Assembly (NCBI GenBank): GCA_024231215.1
Contig: JAAEQR010000072.1
Span: 449,210-513,209 of the forward strand
Reading direction: 5' to 3'
DNA length: 64,000 nt
Origin: PVC group bacterium
Lineage (GTDB): Bacteria; Omnitrophota; Gorgyraeia; B26-G9
The notes under the pieces are model-generated. The model was not told the DNA's origin and made no database searches. It was given only the letters and a program-made list of their open reading frames with translations. The translations under genes were made by a program, and so were the position numbers. The stretch's first letter is position 1. Every line of letters starts with the position of its first letter. This document shows positions 46,352 through 55,879 of this stretch, one piece after another.

Positions 46352-47902
46352 ATGAAAAAGATAGAGAAAAAATTTTTTCAGTTGATGATCGTATTATCGA
46401 TGTTTTCTTTTATCTTTTGCGGGTGTGCTACCCGGAGTATGTCTCAGAAGCAAAAGTATAATTCTGTTCTTCCTGAGCAGGTCCGACGTAGACATGAACG
46501 GACGGATATCGTTTCCAAGGGATATAGTCATTATCTGCGTGGATTATTATATGAAAGGCAGAATAGTCAGGAAGAAGCACTGAAGGAATTTGAACAGGCC
46601 TCTCGTTATGATCGGGAATCTTCCCCCATTAACATTAAATTAGGGGCGATATATTTCAAAAAGGGAGAGTTTGATAAAGCTGTTATCCAGTTTAAAAAGG
46701 CGCTATCTATAGACCCTGATAATATACAGGTTCGGCTTTTCTTAGGGATAATACATACTACTTTAGGTGATTTTAAAAAGGCAATTAAAGAATACGAAAG
46801 AGTTATAAAAATTGCTCCGGATAATAAGCAGGCTTTTTTGAGCCTAGCGGATATTTATGTTTTGCAGAAGCAAGTAGAAAAGGCCATTCTTCTTTATGAA
46901 CAGCTTATTTCCAAACAAAGCGATAATCCGTACCTCTATTTTAATTTAGGTATGCTTTACAGTCAGATTGATAGGCATGATGATGCTATTTCTTATCTGG
47001 AACAGGCGATTGCTATAGAGCCAAATTATTTAGAAGCATATTTAGGTCTTGGCTTAGTGTATGAGATTAATAAAGAAACGGCTAAATGTCAAGAGGTCTA
47101 TGAACAGGCAATCGCAATAAATTCCAATAGTCCACTTCCTTATTTTCGCTTGGGGCAAATGTTTGTAGAGTGTGGTTTTCATGAAAAGGCAATAGAACAA
47201 TTTCAGAAAGTGTTGGAAATCAATCCTCGTATTGTCGATGCATACTTCGAAAAAGCACATGTTTTGCTGAAAGTTAATAAGGTAGATGAGGCAATAGAGA
47301 CGCTTTTAGCCGCAGAACCTCTGGTGAAGAAAAAGTCGTATGTATTTCTTTTATTGGGATTGGCTAATAGTCTCAAGGAAAACTTTACCGACGCGGAAAT
47401 GTATTATAAAAAAACAATAGAGATAGTTCCGGATGATGACTTAACATATTTTTACTTAGGAGCTCTTTATGAAAAACAAGGTAAAATAGATTTAGCTATA
47501 AAACAATTCTATAAAGCATTGGAACTTAATCCTGATAATGCTGAGGCATGTAATTATTTAGGATATATGTTTGCTGAAGCCGGGGAAAATTTGCCGGAGG
47601 CAGCTCGTTTAATTAAGAAAGCTTTAAAGATAGATCCGGATAACGGTGCTTATGTTGATTCATTGGGGTGGGTTTACTATAAGCAGGGAAAAATTGCCGA
47701 ATCTCTAAAGTATTTAGAGCGGGCGGTGAAATTGCTGAATACAGATGCGGTAATTTATGACCACCTCGGAGACGTTTATTATAAAAAGGGGAAGTTATCT
47801 AAAGCCCGCGCTCAGTGGGAAAAATCATTGCAGATTGATTCTGAACAGACTAAAATTCGGGAAAAGTTGAATAATCTGCGATTAGAAAAGGAGAAAAAAT
47901 GA
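46352..47902 (+). CDS. TPR-repeat protein with N-terminal signal peptide / probable lipoprotein
   Basis: Signal peptide ending FIFCGCATRS. At least 10 consecutive 34-aa TPR units (W-LG-Y...A...F...A-P pattern). Confidence 0.7.
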   Translation: MKKIEKKFFQLMIVLSMFSFIFCGCATRSMSQKQKYNSVLPEQVRRRHERTDIVSKGYSHYLRGLLYERQNSQEEALKEFEQASRYDRESSPINIKLGAIYFKKGEFDKAVIQFKKALSIDPDNIQVRLFLGIIHTTLGDFKKAIKEYERVIKIAPDNKQAFLSLADIYVLQKQVEKAILLYEQLISKQSDNPYLYFNLGMLYSQIDRHDDAISYLEQAIAIEPNYLEAYLGLGLVYEINKETAKCQEVYEQAIAINSNSPLPYFRLGQMFVECGFHEKAIEQFQKVLEINPRIVDAYFEKAHVLLKVNKVDEAIETLLAAEPLVKKKSYVFLLLGLANSLKENFTDAEMYYKKTIEIVPDDDLTYFYLGALYEKQGKIDLAIKQFYKALELNPDNAEACNYLGYMFAEAGENLPEAARLIKKALKIDPDNGAYVDSLGWVYYKQGKIAESLKYLERAVKLLNTDAVIYDHLGDVYYKKGKLSKARAQWEKSLQIDSEQTKIREKLNNLRLEKEKK

Positions 47903-49530
47903 AGAAACTACTAATATTCGAAAAAATCAGAATATTTTTTAGCGACTTCTGGATGATTTTAACCATAGTGGCAACATTGAGTTTATTAATTGCCGCAGCA
48001 GTAGTTTTTATCGGAAAAATGGAATATTATGGCAGGGTAACGCTATTTGCGCATATGTCTTTGTTTGCGATCGTTGTATTGATCAGCGGGGTTTTTTCAG
48101 CTTTGGTCTATATTGCTCTTTTCTCCAATTCTTTTGGCAAAAGCAATAAAGATAAGCATTTGAACGTTAAAGATTTAAAAATTCCTTTTTCAAGTGTTAT
48201 CGGGATTGATGAGGCTAAACAAGAGGCCTTGGAATTGGTGCAACTTTTAAGAGATAGAACTTTGATTAAAAAAATCGGGGGCAAGGTGTTGCGTGGGATT
48301 TTAATGGTTGGTCCTCCTGGTTGTGGTAAGACATATTTAGCGAAGGCGATAGCCACAGAGGCGGGAATTCCTTTTCTAAGCATGGCTGGGAGTGAGTTTG
48401 TGGAGATATTTGTCGGAGTTGGAGCGCAGCGTATTCGGAAGGTTTTTAATAAAGCTAAGCGTTATGCTCGTTTTGAAGGAGCATGTATTATATTTATCGA
48501 TGAAATAGATGCGGTTGGGAGATCTAGGTCATTTAGCTTTATGGGGGGACAAGAAACCAATAATACTTTAAATCAGTTGTTGGTAGAAATGGATGGATTA
48601 TCCAGTAAAGAGCAAAATGTTATCGTGGTTGCTGCAACGAATGCCGAGGAATCTGTTTTAGACGCGGCATTATTGCGCCCGGGACGGTTTGATCGCAAGA
48701 TATACATTGATAGACCAAATCTTGAGGGTAGAGAACAATTATTTGAGTTCTACCTGAGTAAGGTTCGTTGCGATGAAACAATCGATGTCGGACGTTTAGC
48801 GCGAAAGGCTGTATACAAAACTCCTGCGGATATTGAAAACATAATAAAAGAAGCGGCTTTGATTGCTACCCGGAAAAAGAAAGAGGATATTGGATATAAA
48901 GAAATCAGCGAGGCTATGGAACGGATAGAATTAGGGATTAAACACAAACGCAAAATGACTAAACATGAAAGAGAGATGACGGCTTATCATGAATCCGGGC
49001 ATTTGGTTTCATTATATATTTTGCATCCTACAGATGATGTTTTTAAAGCATCGATAATTTCACGGCGGAACACTTTGGGAGTAGTCTATCATCAGCCAAG
49101 GGAAGAAATTTTTTGTGAAGATAGGGATCATTTGCTTGCAGATATTAAAGTTGGCTTAGCTGGATATGTGGCAGAAAAATTACGTTTTGGAGTTACTTCA
49201 AATGGGGTGACATCTGATTTTCAGCAAGCAATGAGGGTAGCGCATATGATGGTCTGGCGATTTGGGATGGGGATATCCGAGACATTGGGTGATTATACGG
49301 CTATCCCAAAATCACAGCTATCTGAATCAGTTAAGCAGCGTTTAAATGAAGAAACAAACCAGATTTTACAGGAATGTTTGAAAGACGTAGAAGATTTGCT
49401 GAAAAAAGAAAGACAAATCTTGGATAGATTCGCTAAAGAATTATTAGAAAAAGACGAATTAGAATACGATGATATAGAAGCTATTTTCAAGGAGTATGGA
49501 AAAACATCCATTCGGAATGAGAATTCTTAA
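47899..49530 (+). CDS. FtsH-family AAA+ zinc metalloprotease paralogue with short N-terminal membrane anchor (no large periplasmic domain)
   Basis: Walker A GPPGCGKTYLAKAIA. Walker B IIFIDEIDAV. SRH region. HESGH zinc-binding HExxH. ATGA overlap with the TPR gene. Confidence 0.75.
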   Translation: MKKLLIFEKIRIFFSDFWMILTIVATLSLLIAAAVVFIGKMEYYGRVTLFAHMSLFAIVVLISGVFSALVYIALFSNSFGKSNKDKHLNVKDLKIPFSSVIGIDEAKQEALELVQLLRDRTLIKKIGGKVLRGILMVGPPGCGKTYLAKAIATEAGIPFLSMAGSEFVEIFVGVGAQRIRKVFNKAKRYARFEGACIIFIDEIDAVGRSRSFSFMGGQETNNTLNQLLVEMDGLSSKEQNVIVVAATNAEESVLDAALLRPGRFDRKIYIDRPNLEGREQLFEFYLSKVRCDETIDVGRLARKAVYKTPADIENIIKEAALIATRKKKEDIGYKEISEAMERIELGIKHKRKMTKHEREMTAYHESGHLVSLYILHPTDDVFKASIISRRNTLGVVYHQPREEIFCEDRDHLLADIKVGLAGYVAEKLRFGVTSNGVTSDFQQAMRVAHMMVWRFGMGISETLGDYTAIPKSQLSESVKQRLNEETNQILQECLKDVEDLLKKERQILDRFAKELLEKDELEYDDIEAIFKEYGKTSIRNENS

Positions 49531-50314
49531 ATTACTGTTTACTGGTATTCTTGTAGTGATTTTATGCAGCGGTTGCATGGCTCCGACTTATCCTAAGGAA
49601 GAGTTGATAGAATCATTAAAAAAGATTTGCAAACAAGATCATGAGATTGAAGCTCAAGCAAAGTTAATTGACAATACGCTGGTTGTTTTTCTGCCTCTGG
49701 AAAAGCTTTTTGACGAAAACTTTGAACTTCTTCCTGAAGCCATAACTAAAATAGAAAAAATTGTTATGGTAACATCAAGAATAATTTTTAGTACAGATGC
49801 GGAAATATCTTTTTTTATGGTTATCGCTGCAGATACAAAAGTGACTGCCGCAGAGCTTATTTTAATAAAGTATGTTGAGGATGTCTATAAGCTTATGCAT
49901 AGTTGGATAAGCACTGAGGAGTATCGTCGACGAGTCCTTTGGCAAATCAGTTTTGATCCGCGACTTTTAAAACATACTGATTTTGATTTTGATATTGAAC
50001 CTCTGACTTTACCTGTTTTCCTGACTAAGCAAATCGCGCAGCGTTTTAATGCTGTCGCGGGAAATTTTGGTGATGGTAAAGTAGGGATAGATGGTGAGTA
50101 TAAGGAAGATGAGAAAGTATTCTTTTTTTCTCTTGTTGCTGCAGATGATGAGGCTTTTTACGATGTTTTAGTTCCGAAAGTTTTAGAGACAACAGCTTCT
50201 GTATTAGAAAAATATAAGTTTAGCGATTTTGAAAAGGTAAATATAATAAATTTACTTACCCGGAAAACGATAATAGTTAATCGGGAAGAATTGAAGCAAT
50301 ATATTAAGAAATAA
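49517..50314 (+). CDS. secreted/lipoprotein of unknown function
   Basis: Signal peptide MRILKLLFTGILVVILCSGC. Start chosen at the internal ATG 49517 of the tracked ORF, which begins at 49496. Confidence 0.5.
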   Translation: MRILKLLFTGILVVILCSGCMAPTYPKEELIESLKKICKQDHEIEAQAKLIDNTLVVFLPLEKLFDENFELLPEAITKIEKIVMVTSRIIFSTDAEISFFMVIAADTKVTAAELILIKYVEDVYKLMHSWISTEEYRRRVLWQISFDPRLLKHTDFDFDIEPLTLPVFLTKQIAQRFNAVAGNFGDGKVGIDGEYKEDEKVFFFSLVAADDEAFYDVLVPKVLETTASVLEKYKFSDFEKVNIINLLTRKTIIVNREELKQYIKK

Positions 50315-50341
50315 AGATATAACAAGCAAAGGAGTGTAAAG

Positions 50342-51154
50342 GTGGAAATAGCAGAATTACAGAAAAAGGCTAAACAAATTCGTCGGCTTATAATTCAAAT
50401 GCTGGAAAAAGCTCGTTCGGGACATCCCGGGGGGTCGCTTTCGGCAACTGATATTATGACTTGTTTGTTTTTTAAAATAATGCGGCATAATGCCAAAGAA
50501 CCTCAGTGGCCGGACAGAGACAGATTTCATATGTCTAAAGGCCATTGTTGTCCGGTATGGTATGCGGTCTTAGCAGAATCCGGATACTTTCCAAAAGAAG
50601 AACTATGGAAATTACGCTGTGCCGGAGCGCTTTTGCAAGGGCATCCTGACGTGAAGGTTCCCGGGGTTGAGGTTGCTAGCGGTTCTTTAGGCCAAGGGCT
50701 TTCTGTTTCAGTGGGGATGTCTCTTGCCGGTAAGTTGGATAAGAAAAATTATCGTGTTTATTGTATGTTAGGTGACGGAGAGATTCAAGAAGGTAATGTG
50801 TGGGAAGCGGCGATGGCCGGAGCACATTTTAAATGCGATAATTTATGTGCGATACTTGATTACAATGGTTTTCAAATAGATGGTCCTGTGGAATATGTTA
50901 TGGGCTTAGAACCAGTTGCTGATAAATGGAAAGCTTTTGGTTGGCAGGTATTTGTAATCGATGGCCATAATATATCTGAGATTCTGGATGCCTTTGAACA
51001 AGTTAAACAGGTTAAAGGAAAGCCATCGATAATTATTGCTAATACGACAAAAGGTAAGAATGTTTCGTTTATGGAGAATGTTGTTGATTTCCATGGTCGG
51101 GCTCCGACTAAGGAAGAAGCAGAAATCGCATTAAAGGAGTTGTCTGATGATTAG
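50342..51154 (+). CDS. tkt: transketolase, N-terminal (TPP-binding PP-domain) subunit; GTG start
   Basis: GHPGGSLSATDIMTCLF ... GSLGQGLSVSVGMSLAG ... MLGDGEIQEGNVWEA. Confidence 0.9.
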   Translation: MEIAELQKKAKQIRRLIIQMLEKARSGHPGGSLSATDIMTCLFFKIMRHNAKEPQWPDRDRFHMSKGHCCPVWYAVLAESGYFPKEELWKLRCAGALLQGHPDVKVPGVEVASGSLGQGLSVSVGMSLAGKLDKKNYRVYCMLGDGEIQEGNVWEAAMAGAHFKCDNLCAILDYNGFQIDGPVEYVMGLEPVADKWKAFGWQVFVIDGHNISEILDAFEQVKQVKGKPSIIIANTTKGKNVSFMENVVDFHGRAPTKEEAEIALKELSDD

Positions 51155-52088
51155 TGATGAAAAGATGTATCAACGAGATGTTTATGGAAAGACATTAGTA
51201 GAGCTCGGTAAACAGAATGAGAATGTAGTTGTTCTGGATGCTGACTTGTCCGGGTCAACCCGTACTTCTTTTTTCTTTCGTGAATTTCCGGATCGGTTTT
51301 TTAACTTTGGTGTTGCTGAACAAAATATGATGGCAGCAGCAGCGGGACTTGCCAGCTGTGGCAAAACTGTTTTCGCCTCTACTTTTGCTATGTTTGCTAC
51401 AGGCAGAGCTTGGGATCAGGTGAGAAATTCCATTTGTTATAGCGGGATGAATGTTAAAGTTGTTGCTACGCACGCGGGAATAACGGTTGGGCCGGATGGA
51501 GCAACACATCAAGCTTTAGAAGATATTGCTTTGATGCGAATTATTCCGAACATGACAGTTATTGTTCCTTGTGACGGTCCGGAAACCAGAGATGCGGTAT
51601 TGGCAGCAGCAGTTTTAAAAGGTCCTGTATATATTCGTTTAGGACGTTCAAAATTTCCGACTATTACAAATAAAGAAAAATTTGAAATAGGCAAAGCCTA
51701 TCAATTAACGCAGGGAGAAGATATTACGATTTTTACTTGCGGATATATGGTTCATGCAGCGCTTATTGCTCAGCAAGAGTTAGTAAAAGAGGGGATTAAT
51801 TGTTCAGTTGTTAATATGCATACGATTAAGCCTCTGGATACTGGAATAATTGAGCAGACAGCCGCGAACTCAAAAGGGATTATTATCTGTGAAGAGCATT
51901 CGGTTATTGGCGGCCTAGGTTGTGCGATTGAAGGTATGCTTTCAAAAATCGCTTATAAAAATAAGGTATCAAGAATAGGTGTCCATAATAAATTCGGACA
52001 ATCGGGTGATCCAAAAGATCTACTTAAGATATACAACTTGCAACCGCAAGACATCATTGAGTCAGCAAGAGAAATTCTAAAAAAATAA
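51147..52088 (+). CDS. tkt: transketolase, C-terminal (pyrimidine-binding and C-terminal domain) subunit
   Basis: FGVAEQNMMAAAAGLA ... VATHAGITVGPDGATHQALEDIALMRIIPNMTV. 8-nt overlap with the N-terminal subunit gene. Confidence 0.9.
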   Translation: MISDEKMYQRDVYGKTLVELGKQNENVVVLDADLSGSTRTSFFFREFPDRFFNFGVAEQNMMAAAAGLASCGKTVFASTFAMFATGRAWDQVRNSICYSGMNVKVVATHAGITVGPDGATHQALEDIALMRIIPNMTVIVPCDGPETRDAVLAAAVLKGPVYIRLGRSKFPTITNKEKFEIGKAYQLTQGEDITIFTCGYMVHAALIAQQELVKEGINCSVVNMHTIKPLDTGIIEQTAANSKGIIICEEHSVIGGLGCAIEGMLSKIAYKNKVSRIGVHNKFGQSGDPKDLLKIYNLQPQDIIESAREILKK

Positions 52089-52100
52089 AGAGGCATACTC

Positions 52101-52946
52101 GTGGTAACGCTTCAGGCTCCGGCAAAGATCAATTTATTTCTTGAAGTCTTAGGTAAAAGAAAAGATGGGTATCATAATTTAAATACGCTGTTTTTGAAAT
52201 TGCAGCTTTTTGATAAGATCAGCCTTACTCCTGCTAAAAGTGGAATTACCATATCCTGTGCACATCCTCAGGTTCCGGCTAGTTCGGACAATTTGGTTTG
52301 GAAAGCTGCAAATCTTTTCAGAAAATTCAGCGGCGTTGAGCAGGGAGTACATATAAACATAAAGAAGAATATTCCCGTTGCGGCAGGGTTAGGCGGCGGG
52401 TCTAGTGATGCTGCAGCTACGCTTATTGGTTTGAATAAGCTATGGGGAATAAAGGCTCAGAAACAGGATTTATTACGCATTGGAAAAAAGATAGGCGCAG
52501 ATGTGCCGTTATTTTTGATACCGGATGTCGCAGCTGTGGGCAAAGGCAGAGGTGATCGGCTTAGCCCTGTACCGTTATTGAAAAAAATGTGGATTGTTTT
52601 GATTATTCCGGCAATTTCTGTGTCCACAAAAGAGATTTTTGGCAATCTTCCGATAGGCTTGACAAACAAAAGAAATGATGTTAAACTGCTAATTCATGCT
52701 TTGAGAGAGGCAGATCCAGCAATTATTGGTAAGTATATATATAATCGTCTCGAGACTGTAACCTTTAGGAAACACAAGGCGTTAGCAACAATAAAAAGAA
52801 AAATTTCCGCCCTTGGCGTTAGGGCGGTTTTAATGTCTGGGAGTGGTTCTGTTATTTTTGGTATTGTGAAAACTAGAGAGGAGGCGATGTGCATCAAGCG
52901 TAGACTTCAGGACTGTGGAAAGGTAATGGTTGTAAAGAGTTTATAA
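52101..52946 (+). CDS. ispE: 4-diphosphocytidyl-2-C-methyl-D-erythritol kinase; GTG start
   Basis: APAKINLFLEVLGKRKDGYHNL and GHMP kinase motif PVAAGLGGGSSDAAATL. Confidence 0.85.
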   Translation: MVTLQAPAKINLFLEVLGKRKDGYHNLNTLFLKLQLFDKISLTPAKSGITISCAHPQVPASSDNLVWKAANLFRKFSGVEQGVHINIKKNIPVAAGLGGGSSDAAATLIGLNKLWGIKAQKQDLLRIGKKIGADVPLFLIPDVAAVGKGRGDRLSPVPLLKKMWIVLIIPAISVSTKEIFGNLPIGLTNKRNDVKLLIHALREADPAIIGKYIYNRLETVTFRKHKALATIKRKISALGVRAVLMSGSGSVIFGIVKTREEAMCIKRRLQDCGKVMVVKSL

Positions 52947-52979
52947 CTATATACATCCTTGGAAAGGAGTGATTCGAAG

Positions 52980-53444
52980 ATGGAAGTTACAGAGGTTAGA
53001 GTCTTTTTACGGAATAAAGATAGCAATAAAAAATTAAAAGCATATGCTACAGTAACCATTGACAATTGTTTTGTTGTCAGAGATGTTAAAGTTATTGAGG
53101 GCAGCAAAGGACTTTTTGTTGCTATGCCATCTGCAAAGATGAAGTCCACATGTTCTAAATGCGGACATCGCAATGTGGTGCGTAGTAAATTTTGTAATCA
53201 ATGTGGCGGAGTTTTGGAACAACAGCCAATTCAGACTTCATCTAGTCCGGAAGAAAACCGTCAGACAGAACATAAAGATATTGCACATCCGATTACTCCG
53301 GATTGCAGAGAATATATACAGAAGAAGGTATTAGAAGCTTACGATGCGGAAATGGCCAATGCTCCTGTGGCGGAAACTTTCAGCCGGGATGCGGCACCGG
53401 AGGCAATAAGTGAAACAGAACCGGTAAAAGACGCTGAAGTATAA
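52980..53444 (+). CDS. spoVG: SpoVG-family protein with a C-terminal zinc-ribbon extension
   Basis: MEVTEVRVFLRNKDSNKKLKAYATVTIDNCFVVRDVKVIEGSKGLFVAMPS is the SpoVG core. Followed by CSKCGHRNVVRSKFCNQCGG (CxxC-x11-CxxC). RBS GGAAAGGAG 10 nt upstream of ATG 52980. Confidence 0.8.
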   Translation: MEVTEVRVFLRNKDSNKKLKAYATVTIDNCFVVRDVKVIEGSKGLFVAMPSAKMKSTCSKCGHRNVVRSKFCNQCGGVLEQQPIQTSSSPEENRQTEHKDIAHPITPDCREYIQKKVLEAYDAEMANAPVAETFSRDAAPEAISETEPVKDAEV

Positions 53445-53457
53445 ACGACTTCTTTAT

Positions 53458-53531
53458 TACCCGGTAGTGTAATGGCAACACATCAGCTTTTGGAGCTGAC
53501 TTTCCTGGTTCGAGCCCAGGCCGGGTAGCCA
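53458..53531 (+). tRNA. tRNA-Gln (anticodon UUG)
   Basis: Hand-folded cloverleaf. Acceptor TACCCGG/CCGGGTA with U1:A72. D-arm GTGTAATGGCAACAC. Anticodon stem TCAGC/GCTGA with loop TTTTGGA (anticodon TTG). T-arm CCTGG-TTCGAGC-CCAGG. Discriminator G then encoded CCA. Confidence 0.85.
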
Positions 53532-53632
53532 TATTTTACCGGTCGGAATGAGAAAGCAGTTTCTATCGGCTGAACTTGAAAATTATCTAGTGAAATAGTG
53601 TATTGTTATTTCAAATTAGGATGAGAAAATAA

Positions 53633-54913
53633 ATGAAGAATTTAAATGCTGTTATTCTTGCGGCTGGTGAAGGTACGCGGATGAAATCAAATTGTCCGAA
53701 AATACTGCACAAGCTTGGTAGCAAGCCTATGCTTGGGCATGTGATGGATAATGTTCAGGCCGGAGGTATTAAAAACATTTTTGTGATTACCGGATATAAA
53801 TCTTCTATGGTAGAAACATATGTGGGCAAGAAAGCTAAATGTTTGCAGCAAAAGAAGTTATTAGGTACTGCGGATGCAGTTTGGCAGCTTAAAAACGAAG
53901 CAATATTGAAGAAAAAAGATGCTAAAATTTTAGTGATTTATGGAGATACTCCACTAATCAGTGCCCAAACAATACAGGATTTGCTTAAAACGCATGAAAG
54001 CAAAAAAGCTGGTTGTACATTATTAACGGTAAAAATAAAAGATCCAACCGGTTACGGAAGGATTGTACGTAATGGTGCGGGGAAAATAATAAAGATTGTA
54101 GAAGAAAATGATGCAGATGTTTATCAAAAAGCAATTGAAGAAATAAATGTCGGTTTGTATGTTTTTAATGTGCTGGAGCTTTTTGAGGCGATAAAAAGGA
54201 TTAAGCCGAATAATAAAAAGAAAGAATATTATTTGACTGATGTTATTGAGCAAATGCGCAAGAAAAACTTAGCGATAAATTCTGTGGAAACTATAGACCA
54301 AGATGAAATCCTTGGGGTGAATTCCCGGGTTGGCTTGGTACGTGCGTATGAGATCTGGCGTTTGCGTATAGTTGAGAATATTATTAATCAGGGAGTTACA
54401 ATTGTTGACCCAAAAACAACCTACATAGACGAAAATGTAAAAATAGGTAAAGATACAGTTGTTTATCCTTTTACTGTTATTGAGAAAGACGTAGTTATCG
54501 GTGAGGATTGTACAATTGGACCTTTTTGCCGGATTCGTGCCGGCTGTAAAGTTGCTGATGATGTTTCTCTGGGTAATTTTGTTGAACTTAATCGTTCCGA
54601 GGTGGGAAGCCATACCCGAATAAAACATCAGAGTTATATTGGCGATACCAAGGTTAGCCAAAAAGTTAATGTTGGTGCAGGTACTATCGTTGCAAATTAC
54701 GATGGCAAAAATAAAAATAAAACAATAATAGATACAGGGGCATTTATAGGTACAGGAACAATATTAGTAGCTCCGGTTAAAGTTGGTAAGCAAGCGATGA
54801 CTGGTGCGGGTGCAGTTGTGACAAAAAATAAAAATGTTCCGGATAAAGCCATAGTTGTGGGTGTTCCAGCTAAGATATTGAAAAAAGTAAAGAAAGTAAA
54901 GGGAAAAAGGTAG
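53633..54913 (+). CDS. glmU: bifunctional UDP-N-acetylglucosamine pyrophosphorylase / glucosamine-1-phosphate N-acetyltransferase
   Basis: AVILAAGEGTRMKSNCPKILHKLGSKPML nucleotidyltransferase N-terminus. C-terminal left-handed beta-helix hexapeptide repeats (IGEDCTIGPFCRIRAGCKVADDVSLGNFVEL...). Confidence 0.85.
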   Translation: MKNLNAVILAAGEGTRMKSNCPKILHKLGSKPMLGHVMDNVQAGGIKNIFVITGYKSSMVETYVGKKAKCLQQKKLLGTADAVWQLKNEAILKKKDAKILVIYGDTPLISAQTIQDLLKTHESKKAGCTLLTVKIKDPTGYGRIVRNGAGKIIKIVEENDADVYQKAIEEINVGLYVFNVLELFEAIKRIKPNNKKKEYYLTDVIEQMRKKNLAINSVETIDQDEILGVNSRVGLVRAYEIWRLRIVENIINQGVTIVDPKTTYIDENVKIGKDTVVYPFTVIEKDVVIGEDCTIGPFCRIRAGCKVADDVSLGNFVELNRSEVGSHTRIKHQSYIGDTKVSQKVNVGAGTIVANYDGKNKNKTIIDTGAFIGTGTILVAPVKVGKQAMTGAGAVVTKNKNVPDKAIVVGVPAKILKKVKKVKGKR

Positions 54914-54922
54914 GGACTAAAG

Positions 54923-55861
54923 ATGCAAGAGAAGTTGATGGTATTTAGTGGCAATGCTAATATGAAACTTTCCTGTGATATCTGTGAGTGTTTAGGTATT
55001 AAAAGGGGAGAGGCATTTGTCGGGCAATTTAGTGAAGGGGAAATACGTGTTAAAATTGATCAGAATGTGCGGGGGAAAGATGTTTTTGTGATTCAGCCTA
55101 CATGTCCGCCGTCAAATGACAGTTTAATGGAATTATTAATTCTTATGGATGCATTAGCACGGGCATCTGCAGGCAGATTAACTGCGGTGGTTCCTTTTTA
55201 TGGATATGCGCGACAGGATCGTAAAGATCAACCACGAGTACCGATTACTGCTAAGTTGGTGGCAAACTTATTAACTACAGCCGGAGCAAACAGGATATTA
55301 ACGGTTGATCTACATGCCGGACAAATTCAGGGATTTTTCGATATTCCGGTAGATCATCTTTTTGCTGCGCCGGTATTGATAGATTATTTTGAAAAGTATA
55401 AAAAAGAAGATGCGGTTGTTGTTGCGCCTGATGTGGGGGCAGTAAAAATGGCCCGGGCTTTTGCTAAAAGGTTAGAGGTGCCGTTAGGGATAGTTGATAA
55501 ACGTCGTATAGATGCCTCTAGCGCGGAAGTTATGAATATCCTGGGAGAAGTAGAGGGTAAAACCGTAATTATTATCGATGATATGATTGCTACAGCAGGT
55601 TCTATAACCGAAGCGGCAAATGCAATAAAAAAGAAAGGTGCAAAGAAAGTTGTTGCAGGGGTAACTCATGGAATTTTTTCAGGGCCCGCATTAGAACGAA
55701 TTGATAAGAGTGCATTAGAAGAAGTCGTAGTAACAGATACTATTCCAATAAATAATGGTAATACCCATTATAAAATAAAAGTGTTAGGTGTAGCGAGTTT
55801 ACTTGCCGAAGCGATAAAAAGAATACATAACGAAGAGTCGGTAAGTTCTTTATTCGTGTGA
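54923..55861 (+). CDS. prs: ribose-phosphate pyrophosphokinase
   Basis: KLMVFSGNANMKLSCDICE ... PFYGYARQDRK ... IIDDMIATAGS (PRPP-binding). Confidence 0.9.
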   Translation: MQEKLMVFSGNANMKLSCDICECLGIKRGEAFVGQFSEGEIRVKIDQNVRGKDVFVIQPTCPPSNDSLMELLILMDALARASAGRLTAVVPFYGYARQDRKDQPRVPITAKLVANLLTTAGANRILTVDLHAGQIQGFFDIPVDHLFAAPVLIDYFEKYKKEDAVVVAPDVGAVKMARAFAKRLEVPLGIVDKRRIDASSAEVMNILGEVEGKTVIIIDDMIATAGSITEAANAIKKKGAKKVVAGVTHGIFSGPALERIDKSALEEVVVTDTIPINNGNTHYKIKVLGVASLLAEAIKRIHNEESVSSLFV

Positions 55862-55879
55862 AAAAAGGAGAGGTGAATT

